Positions 1 to 10,172 of a DNA stretch of 56,420 nt are shown here, in pieces. The stretch comes from Octopus sinensis (taxonomy: Eukaryota), in assembly GCF_006345805.1 (NCBI RefSeq), contig NW_021834304.1, forward strand, positions 1-56,420, in the 5' to 3' direction. Numbering within the stretch: the stretch's first letter is position 1; each line of letters begins with the position of its first letter. The notes below the pieces were generated by a model. That model worked only from the letters and a program-made list of their open reading frames with translations, was not told the origin of the DNA and made no database searches. The position numbers were made by a program, and so were the translations under genes.

Positions 1-130
1 GAAGAAGAAGTAGAAGAAGAAGAAGAAGAAGAAGAAGAAGAAGAAGAAGAAGAAGAAGAAGAAGAAGGAGAAGAAGAAGAAGAAGAAGAAGAAGAAGAAG
101 AAGAAGAAGAAGAAGAAGAAGAAGAAGAAG
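1..130. repeat. (GAA)n microsatellite
   Basis: Nearly pure GAA tract running off the window start. Confidence 0.98.
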
Positions 131-274
131 AATGCGGGAGTGGCATGATAGTGCTAGGATATCAATGGTGAAGTGTCCCGAAAGTGACTTCTTGTTGATG
201 GTAGTAGTGATTGAATTCTTGAGACATCTCTTTTGAATATACTGTTTATAATATTTATAATATATATATATATA

Positions 275-673
275 TCTTTATATATAAAAGTGAAGTTGTG
301 TGTCTGTCTCCTACGATTTAGATTCCTAACTACTCCCACATTTTGCGGTGCGGTGTAACCAAAAGCGGGTATCTTTTAGTCGTGATTTATATCGAGCCCT
401 TCTGCGTATTAGCGCGCGTCTACGATGAGTCTACGATTTAAAAAAAGATTTACCATCTTTTTTTCCCATTTTTAATGCATTTTTTTGCTATTATATAAGG
501 GAAGTAACTCTCTAAAAATGTATTATTAAATCTCAGAACGTAAAAAGCTACAGTAACACCCCCGCCCCTTTGTGGTTAGCCATATTGAGATGGCTATTAT
601 ACTTTACATCTCTAAACATGCTTATATAGTTATTTCCCTTACAAACCCGAGCAACGCCGGGCGATACTGCTAG
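275..673 (+). mobile_element. Non-autonomous Helitron-like element, family H1, copy 1
   Basis: 5' TCTTTATATATAAAAG; 3' imperfect hairpin CCCGAGCAACGCCGGG (646-661) then CTAG (670-673) followed by T. Similar copies at 37206-37602 and 50533-50932. Confidence 0.8.
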
Positions 674-1199
674 TATATATATATATATATATATATATAC
701 TATATATATATATATATATATATAATATACATAACAAAACAGAGTGGAACACATCATAAGTTGCCTGACCTGGTTTAGCGTGGGGTTAAACAACAGAATA
801 TATGTTATTGTATATTTGCTTACATAGAACAATTGCGTGCAGTTTTTAAGAGGAATCGAACGAAAGATTTTCAAATAAATATTTCCAATATCTGTTAAAC
901 ACATTTTTTTTATATCCGGATTTGAATATAAAATTACCTTTTTACGAAAATGTTTTGTTTTAAAAGCCATTTCCCTGAGTAGACATGAGCAAAAAGTTGC
1001 TAAACAGAATTTTAGTAGTACTTAAAATACATAAATGAACATCACTCTTCTTTACTCGCTTTGTACATTGGTCATATAACCCAGTCAACAACTTCAGTTT
1101 TTTTTGTTGTTGTTTTTAATGATCAAACGTCGGTAATGTAAACTAACCCCCATTAATTGAATAACGATATTTTGTATGCAGGCAATGAGTTCATCCTAG

Positions 1200-1262
1200 C
1201 TTCCTTTATATACATATATAATTGCATATACATATATATATAAATATTATATATTATATATA

Positions 1263-1314
<52 letters not shown>

Positions 1315-1323
1315 TATATCTAT

Positions 1324-1354
<31 letters not shown>

Positions 1355-1506
1355 CTATATATATATAATTATATATATATATATATAATATATATATAAT
1401 ATATACATATATAATCATACACAAACACACCCACATATATATATACATACACAAACACACACACATATATATACATACACAACACACACACACACATATA
1501 GATATG

Positions 1507-1568
<62 letters not shown>

Positions 1569-1570
1569 TT
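1200..1570. repeat. (TA)n/(CA)n microsatellite complex
   Basis: Directly visible simple repeats. Confidence 0.95.
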
Positions 1571-1695
1571 CACGTATATTTACTGTTTGATAGATATGAT
1601 CAGTCAAGAGTTAATTATATTTGACAATGATACACCTAAAAACACTCAACGCGTGGCTTGATTTACCACTGTTATTTTTCTCTCTTTCCTTCTTC

Positions 1696-1728
<33 letters not shown>

Positions 1729-2308
1729 TCTCTTTTACTTCCCTTCCAGATTAAAAGCTAAATCAAAATTGTTGCATACATTGAGACAGTTTGATGTATA
1801 TATATGTTTATAAAATAAAACAAAGACTTATTAAACAATATGTCCAGAAAAACACTAAAGCCGAATACACTATGTTATTGGTTTACTTCAAAGAATAAAC
1901 TGACGTATCAATCGTAATGAGAGTATCAGTTTGATGGTAACATTGTATCATAGCAGGAAAAATCACCACTCCTATCTTTATAAATACTTACATACATTCA
2001 TACATATATACATACAAGCATACATACTTACATGCAAATACACGTACATATATAAATACATACGTTCATACGTACACGCAATGCTTATATCTTTATAGAT
2101 ATGGATGTATACACACGTACATGCATAGGTGTTTACGTGTGAATGTCATAACAGCTTGTTATGGAAGTGTTGTTATCACTAACTCAGTAACACAGCTATA
2201 TCTATTGAGTTCAGTCACCTATCTCTCTCTCTCCTCTCTCTCTCTCTTTGTATACTGTGTTCATGTACTTGTGTGTATATTATTTATATATATATATTAA
2301 ATATATAT

Positions 2309-2334
<26 letters not shown>

Positions 2335-2344
<10 letters not shown>

Positions 2345-2712
2345 AACGGCAGTTTTGTCTGGGTGTGTTTTCTGTGTGTCTGTTTGCTTGTAACCCTCAC
2401 CCCCTGACCACGGCTTTCAACCGATTCTGATGAAACTTGACACCACAGCCCAATGTCATAATTCAAACTAACGCAACAAAAATTTTGAAAAGTTCCCCCA
2501 GTTCTGAAAAAAATGGATAAATTCGACATGGGGTCGAGAATCAGAAACACAATCACAGTGTTAGGGGACGCAACTCCACCCTTTTAACTCTCAAAAAAAA
2601 ATTTACCATAATTTTTTTTCCATTGTTTTGCTATTTTTTGGCTATAACTCTCTAAAAATGCTTTATAGTTATTTCCCTTACAAACCCGAGCAACGCCGGG
2701 TGATACTGCTAG
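2335..2712 (+). mobile_element. Non-autonomous Helitron-like element with the H1 3' end but a different 5' half
   Basis: ~2597-2712 matches the H1 3' end (CCCGAGCAACGCCGGG..CTAGT). ~2341-2596 is unrelated to H1 and contains CTGTGTGTCTGTTTG and AACCGATTCTGATGAAACTTG, DINE-1/HINE-like core motifs. 5' boundary is uncertain inside (TA)n. Confidence 0.65.
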
Positions 2713-2900
2713 TATATATATATACAAACATTTATGTGTGTGTATGTATGTATGTATAAATATATATATTTGTATTCCTGGGTGCGCGTGTATATGAATG
2801 TATATGCAATTTACTTTTATACACATGTTTATCATATGTATGTGTGTATGTATATATGTTTGTTTGTAATATAATATTTATTTTTTTGTATTTATATATG

Positions 2901-2974
<74 letters not shown>

Positions 2975-3274
2975 AAAATGGAAACAAACACATTAAATAC
3001 AGGACATTACCAACGAGCAAATAATACGTAAAGTCACAATGAGAGACATGTACGGGACAAAGTAATTTACACACATATACCCGCACACAAATACACACAC
3101 AATGTAGGAAGAGACCGAGAGATAGGAAACTGAACTCAGTAAATATAGCCGTGTTTGGGAGTTAGTGAAAATAACACTTCCATAACACACTGTCATGACA
3201 CATTCACACAGAAACACATATGCGTGTACATATATATGAATGTATATCTGCCTCCATATAGATATACACGCACG

Positions 3275-3327
<53 letters not shown>

Positions 3328-3559
3328 ATAGAAAGAGAAAACATGAAAAAACACAGATTTGTTTCGCAAGATTTAAGAGTATATTAGAGCCATGATAATA
3401 AAGATATACAATTTTGTACAAAATAAGGTTTTGTACTTTCAACATAATTGAAGTAAGGTTGACATGAGTGATTATCGTACACTCATTTATTTTGAAGTAA
3501 AGAGGAGGTAAATCTGTAATTCTAATTCTTTTTGAGTCCTCCATTTTATTGTGGCTTAT

Positions 3560-5060
3560 AATTTACATTAGATGGCGTAAGTCCTTTATTTTTAATATGG
3601 GTTCATATTTAATACTACTTTATAATTTTGGATAAATGAGGCTCTTTATTCAGTCTTACTTGTGTTCAGGTCCAGAAAGCAAGTTGATAAAATGGGAAAA
3701 TTATGAATTATGGTTGTAATCGTTCTGCACATTCGTCAATGTGTTGACTGAGGTATATATAGCGATACTGTGAGGAGAAAATTTCTTGTCTGTGGACCGT
3801 ATATCTCTTTCGGATCGAATTTCCTGTCGAGCCAATATAGTTTCGATGGCAGCCCGAGCACCTGATTACGTAAATGAGGTTTTGAGAGGCGCAAGTGATG
3901 TTAGATTTGATTTTGAATATTTACCATTGTCTGAAATTGAATTTTGGTCCTTCCAACAGATTGAGACATGTTCCGCAATTAGGGCGACCACACTTTACAA
4001 CTCTAGCGTCCGTTGTTCTAGTGAATAGTTTGGCATTGGTGAGAATCATCCTCAGAGTCTTAGGCTGCTTGCTGCTCTAAATGATTTTATGGTTACGTAG
4101 GATTTCCTTAAATTTGGGGTTCTTATAGAGTATTGGAAAATTTGGGACGATGATATTGAATGCTTCGTTGTTTCTAGGGTTGTATGTGGAGATATAAGTT
4201 AGTGCTTGTTCTGTTTGGCTTTTCTTCATGTTTTAATATTAATCCCTTTTGAACGTTCAATTCCTTCATTTATGAGCTGAGTTTGGTAGTGCCAGTCCTG
4301 GAGTACAATTTTAAGCTCCTATAATCTTATATTCTCTGGTATTTTGTTTTCGTATACTATGGTGCAAATCCTTCTTGCAAGGTTGGGGGAGATATTTGTT
4401 TTAATACGTCTCGGGTGGAATGAGCTAAATAATAGATATTGTTTAGCGTCTGTGGTCTTGTAAAAACTGTTTGTTTCTATTTTTGTGTTTATTGTTTTAA
4501 TCAGTATGTCTGGGAATAGGAGTTCCTCGTGGTTGTGTTCCATTGTGAATTGTATGTTGGTGTTAATATTACTGAGAAGTCATTTGAACTCCAAGAGTTT
4601 ATCTATGTTTACATTCCAGAGGATGAAGCAGTCATCCAAAAATCTTTTCCAATTTTCTTTTATGTATTGGGAGAGTGGGTTTCCAAATTTTGAAAAAGAC
4701 TCGTGACATATAGTTATTTCTAAACAGGCCCTTATTAGATTGGCAATGGTTGGGGCTGCCTTGGTTTCCATTGCAACTCCAGATTTTGGTGGTAAACAGT
4801 GGTGTCGAACATGAAATGGTTGTTTTGGAGGATGAATTTAATTGATTCGATAATAAAGTCTTTGTTGATCCGTTCTGGTATTTCTTCAGAATATTTGTCC
4901 AACCAGAAATGGATTGCTTCTGTTCCATCACAACGGGATATGTTGGTGTATAAATTAATCATACAGCAGTATAAATTAAACATCATAGCATTTATTATAG
5001 CCGTATCAGGTCTCATAATCTTTCTGTTATATAATTCTAGCTAAACCTACATGCACTTAG
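3560..5060 (-). mobile_element. Penelope-like retroelement PLE1, 5'-truncated and frameshifted (RT C-terminal half plus GIY-YIG endonuclease)
   Basis: Minus-strand pieces: LYTNI..EAIHFWL..ILQNNHFMFD; APTIANL; RFLDDCFILW (4631-4642); YKTTDAKQYLLFSSFHP..NLARRIC; TCASQNLIYVIRCSGCHRNYIGSTGNSIRKRYTVH (GIY-YIG, ~3831-3878). Confidence 0.92.
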
Positions 5061-5241
5061 TCTTTTCAGACCGCGTCAGTGGATGGACCTTGAATAAAGT
5101 TGCATTGTCTAATAACAAATCGAATGTAACTAGGAGTAAACGCATTTGCGAGATGTTGGAGAAACGTGCGTCGAGCACATTTAAATCAAAATTGGTGTAT
5201 ATTTATGTATATATGCATATGTGCTGAATTAATTGTTTGTT

Positions 5242-5282
<41 letters not shown>

Positions 5283-5367
5283 CTTTTATTTGTTTCAGTC
5301 ATTTGAAATCAAAATTATTTACATTATTTACATTTGACGGATATTTCTCCTCATCTTGTTTGTTCTT

Positions 5368-5413
5368 AACACAACATTTCGGCTGATATACCTTCCAGCC
5401 TTTATCAGATGTC
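5368..5413 (-). ncRNA. Degenerate minimal hammerhead ribozyme (inverted copy)
   Basis: Minus strand GACAT-CTGATAA-AGGCT..AGCC-GAAA-TGTT-GTGTT. The core G8 is changed to A and the stem III palindrome is broken, so it is probably inactive. Confidence 0.65.
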
Positions 5414-5442
5414 TTGGGGAAATTTCGAATTTGGGTTCTCAT

Positions 5443-5510
5443 ATGGCGTAAAGGTTAAGAGCGAGGGCTTCTAGCCCCAAGATTCCGAGTTCGATTCCAA
5501 GCAGTGACCT
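5443..5510 (+). promoter_or_regulatory. tRNA-like Pol III internal promoter (A box and B box)
   Basis: A box TGGCGTAAAGG (5444-5454); anticodon-like arm GGG-CTTCTAG-CCC (5465-5477); B box GAGTTCGATTCC (5487-5498). No acceptor stem, so not a tRNA gene. Confidence 0.7.
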
Positions 5511-5538
5511 GAACAACAACAACAACAACAACCATAAA

Positions 5539-5596
<58 letters not shown>

Positions 5597-5643
5597 TCTA
5601 AAAATACCTTAGGAATGAGAACCCAGGTTCGAAATTCCCCCAT

Positions 5644-5689
5644 GACACCTGATGAAGGCTAGAGGGTATATCAGCCGAAACGTTGTGTT
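5644..5689 (+). ncRNA. Minimal type I hammerhead ribozyme with intact core
   Basis: Stem I GACAC/GTGTT; CTGATGA (5649-5655); stem II GGCT/AGCC; GAAA (5677-5680); palindromic stem III AACGTT with predicted GUU cleavage after 5684. Matches the minimal dimer-forming HHR architecture known from PLEs. Confidence 0.82.
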
Positions 5690-6288
5690 AACAACAAACA
5701 AGATGAGGACAAATATCCGTCAAATGTAAATAATGTGAATAATATAAGTAATTATATGATGGGGTTCTCAAAAGTTGCTGTTGTGCAAAAGAAAAATCAA
5801 GAAAGATCAGTTACATATAATTCTATTTAAGATATACCTCTTCTCAGTTTCACTTGCTATTGCAGAGGTCCTTCATTTTTCCTAAGCCCAGTAAAACAAT
5901 ACAGAAAGTTGGGCCTTTCACGATATCCTTAAAGCCATTATAGCCAGAAGCTTTTTAGTATCCGCTCATATATATGTGTACCTATATACAAATGTGCACA
6001 TATGTATATATACATGTATGAATATTTATACGTCTAAGAGATTTAGACGAATGCGTTTGAAAATATACTATTGCCATCAAGGATCATGTAGTTTATGATG
6101 ATACATCCACTACTAACAAATTTCTTGGAGTTTATGGAATTATGAAATCATTTATAACTTTCAAATTTCAAATATTTATTGCCTTAAAATATATTACGTA
6201 AAAGAAATCGATAACGCATAAATTCATTTTTAGTAGGTTCCTACAGATTCCAATCTGTATATGGTTCATCGCTGTAATCTGGATAATA

Positions 6289-7374
6289 GTGGGTTGGCAA
6301 CTAAGTTCCCGCCGTTTTTTGTTTTAATTTTGGAATTTATTGCGTTTTTTAAATTTTGGAATCTAATTTTTTTCGAGAATTCTATTTTTGAATCATTTTG
6401 GAATCCATTTTGTTGGGATTTTTTCTAGTTAATTTTAGTTAATTTTTGTTTATTTTCAGATCATTAAAATGGAATATCAAGTTAAGAAAAACGAGCATAT
6501 TCGACACTTGCACGAAAATTCTCGTCAAACGACAAGGGAACTGGCAGAGAAAATGAAATGCTCCCACCCTGCTTTAGAGAAGCATCTTCACTCTATGAGA
6601 AAGGTTCAGAAGTATGGAGCATGGGTTCCGCATGCTTTAAGTGACAACAACAAAAATCAACGAGTCCACAATCTCCGCTGGTTTGCTTGCTCGCCACCGC
6701 TCAACTGATGGATACAGGCAACGATTTCTTTACTGAATCGTTGCCGGCGACGAAAAATGGTGCCTGTACATCAATATGAAGCAGCGTAAGAAATGGCTTA
6801 GCCCCGGTAAATAAGCGACACCGCGAGTGAAACAAGATCTTCATCCGCGTAAAACGATGCTGTGCGTATGGTGGGACTGGGAAGGGATTATCCATTATGA
6901 ATTGGTTGAACGGAACCAAAAGGTCAACGTGGAACTCTATGTTCAACAGATGGAACGACTCAACACGGCTATTCAAGGGAAAAGACCTAATCGGCAGCAT
7001 GGAATTCTACTGCTCGACAACGCCTGCCCTCATATCTCCAATATGACCAAAGAGGCCATTCAAACGCATGGCTGGGAAGTGCTGCCACACCTGCCGTACC
7101 CTCCTGATTTGGCACCAACAGATTTCTACCTCTTTCGATCTCTTTCAAATGCTATATGTGGAGTTTCGTTCAATACTGATGCAGAATTGAGAGCTTGATT
7201 GGATCAATTTTTCGAGTCGAAATCAGGTGATTTCTACCAATGAAATATTGAAAACCTTGTTGAACGTTGGGAAGAAGTTGTAAACAACAAGGGTGAATAC
7301 ATTATTGATTCATTAGTTGTTATTTTTTATTAAAACTTTTACAAAATTTTAATTAAAAAAAACGGCGGGAACTT
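6289..7374 (+). mobile_element. Mariner (DD34D) transposon, internally deleted and pseudogenised
   Basis: WVPHAL motif, GDEKW, LLLDNACPH, YPPDLAPTDFYLFRSL, RWEEVVNNKGEY. TA precedes the 5' TIR GTGGGTTGGCAACTAAGTTCCCGCCGTTTTTT; partial 3' TIR AAAAAAAACGGCGGGAACTT (7355-7374). Confidence 0.93.
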
Positions 7375-8169
7375 CAGTTTTAGAAAGACTTGCTTATTTT
7401 TATTGTTCCGCCTAAAATATTGTTTATATTAACTGCGTCTTAGCTAGAATCGTTTCTTGTTAAATAATCCTAAATCGTCCCAGTTCATAACGAGATATTT
7501 TTTTTATATTATTACCATAAATATGTGCCGGTGCTCCAGTACGGCCACGGCCTTAGGCCTGGACCGTATAAAAGAATAAAAAGACAATTGTGGTAGAGGA
7601 GCTGCAGGTTCTGAAGCTATTGTTCTTATGTATTCCCCACGTTGATTTCGGGTGTGGTGTTAATATCTTCTTCGGGACCAGTAACTGCTACGACCATTTC
7701 AGAATTTTATTTTCAGTCTAAAATAATTATATTCGACTCAATATGTTTGCACATGGTAAGCAATTTCACCAATATTCTTTGCGTTGGTATGTATGTATTA
7801 TTTAGGCATGTCTGGTTTGACACATAGAAAAAAATTATTACTTAATTTTTGATGCTTGTATATGAGTGTGCGTTTGGGTGTGTATGTCTGTTTTTGTGCA
7901 AATATGTATTTTTGCGTAACTGTCTGTGTGATTCGTACAGAGAAAAAGGAAAAAAAGTGCATTATCAGTAATTAAAATTTTCAGCTTACATATGGTTGCA
8001 TGTGAATGCATCTCTGAGTATGCGTGCATACATCTTTACGTGAGATGCGATCTAAGAGACATCAGATCCACTCGCTGCTTGACCATGATATTTTCGCTTA
8101 TATTTGCCTCCATTGTCTCTAATTAAGAAAAATAGAAAATAGTTTCTTTTCGTCCCAAACCTCCTACTA

Positions 8170-8577
8170 GGCATAGGAGTGGCCGTGTGGTATGTAGCTT
8201 GCTTACCAACCACATGGTTCCGGGTTCAGTCCCACTGCGTGGCACCTTGAGCAAGTGTCTTCTACTATATCCTCGGGCCGACCAAAGCCTTGTGAGTGGA
8301 TTTGGTAGACGGAGACTGAAAGAAGCCCGTCATATATATGTAGAAATATGTGTGTATGTGTGTGTGTGTGTATGTTTGTGTGTCTGTGTTTGTCCCCACA
8401 ACAGTACTTGACAACCGATGCTGATGTGTTTTACGTCCCCGTAACCTAGCGGTTCGGCAAAAGATACCTATAGAATAAGTGCTTACAAAGAATAAGTCCC
8501 GGGGTCAATTTGCTCGACTAAAAGCGTTGCTTCAGCATGGCCTCAGTCAAATTACTGAAGCAAGTAAAAGAGTAAAG
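8170..8577 (+). mobile_element. tRNA-derived SINE family A (with internal TA/TG microsatellite), full length
   Basis: Head GGCATAGGAGTGGCCGTGTGG..GGTTCAGTCCC, CORE-like GGCACCTTGAGCAAGTG, tail CAAGTAAAAGAGTAAAG. Many similar copies in the window. Confidence 0.85.
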
Positions 8578-10172
8578 CGTAACATTATCTTGACCTAACA
8601 GAAACATTAGTCTTAACCATCTCGAATTTAATTTCATATTTCAATCATTCTTGCTAAAAGTACGAAAAACAAAAACGAGGCTCCATTATACATACAAGCC
8701 CTAGTTTTCAAAATAGACATATAGACTGACAACGGGGTTTCTTTCGCCCTGGGACATATTCTCAAGGGTTAAAGCACCTCCATTCCATCTCTATATCAAT
8801 ACATCAGCAGAGCCGTTACATACACAATCACACATACACACACACGAACACATAGCAATATACACATATACACATATCTCTGTCTGTGTATGGATACGAG
8901 TATTCATAACGCATACTGAAAATAATACATGCTATTAGTTTCTATATTGGAAGATATCTGATACTTTAAAGATAAATATTTTATTTGAATGTTTATGTAT
9001 AAAACATGAAACTGTATATGAATATGCAAAAGAATTCTTAGAAAATACGAATGTTTTCAAATTTTGTCAACCAACAGTTTTCCAATTCTCACTACGAAAA
9101 CAACTGGATTTTTTCCATGTATGCATTTAATGGTATATATATATGTGTGTGTGTATATGTATGTGTGTTTACATAATTAGTATATCATATTATTATATAT
9201 AAAATATGCATACATGGCAAAACTACTCATGAGAATTCGCCACTGAAGACTTACTGGCGATGATTGCATATTACAAACTTTGCCTTTGTATATATATTTA
9301 GGACAGACATGTATATGATGTCTTCATATATGTAAAATATATATCTATATCTATGTATATATATATATATAATATATATATATATATCTATATATAATAT
9401 ATATAATATATATATAGATATATATACATATATATATATAAAACACATATATATATATACATATATATGCATACATTCATCATGTATAAATTTATACACA
9501 CCACACACACACATTAATATATGATGTGAGTGTATTGCGACTTTATTGTGTATTGTATTGAATTGTGTGTAAATATGTATAACGCATGTATTTATATTAT
9601 CTGTGTAGGAATTTATATAATACATATATGTATATGCATATATTACACAAACAATAAATATATACACACAAGTTCAGAAACACAGACAAACACATATATA
9701 CACACACAGTCTATATATAATATCTATAAAATATATATATCTTGAGTGATGGGGAGGAAAAGGAAGAGCGTCGAAATATAATAATTTCCAATGCAAGCAT
9801 CCATATTGAAATAGACGCTCACGTTTGCACGGTGTCTTAATGAAACTTGCATACTGTTATTTTCCTTGCTTTCTTCGCATAATGGGAATGCTGTTGATAG
9901 CTTCTCATGATAAAGTATAAGTAACTCGAATTCCAAAGCACAGGAGAAGATACTGCAAGGTATATATATATATGTGTTGTGTGCATATATATATATATAA
10001 TTATATATATTATTATATAATTATGTGAAATAGAAAGATGAATAATCTTGTGTAGCTAGATTAATCAAAAGTTAACCGATAACCTTAGTAGCAAAAATCA
10101 CAGCAGTGAACAGCACGGTTGGAGGTACAACCATCTGGCGTTGAACCGTGCGTTGGTGCGGATAATTGAAAT

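Larger units (their letters stand above)
5314..5743 (+). mobile_element. tRNA-headed, hammerhead-containing non-autonomous element with a 5' inverted tail copy (SINE/retrozyme-like)
   Basis: ~129 bp inverted arms 5314-5442 and 5615-5743 enclose a tRNA-like head (5443-5510) and (AAC)n(AAT)n. Each arm carries an HHR motif. Confidence 0.75.

Noticed and set aside
131-240. Unique sequence after the (GAA)n tract, possible LINE 5' junction like 55089
   Set aside because: No recognisable peptide motif in any frame within the short stretch.
5443-5510. Possible tRNA-Arg(TCT) gene, and other tRNA-like heads (e.g. 32503, 30171)
   Set aside because: No acceptor stem; each continues into a repeat body, so they are SINE heads.
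7590-7720. GC-richer minus-strand stretch reading EMVVAVTGPEEDINTTPEINVGNT
   Set aside because: All three frames from the nearest acceptor hit stops; no homology recognised.
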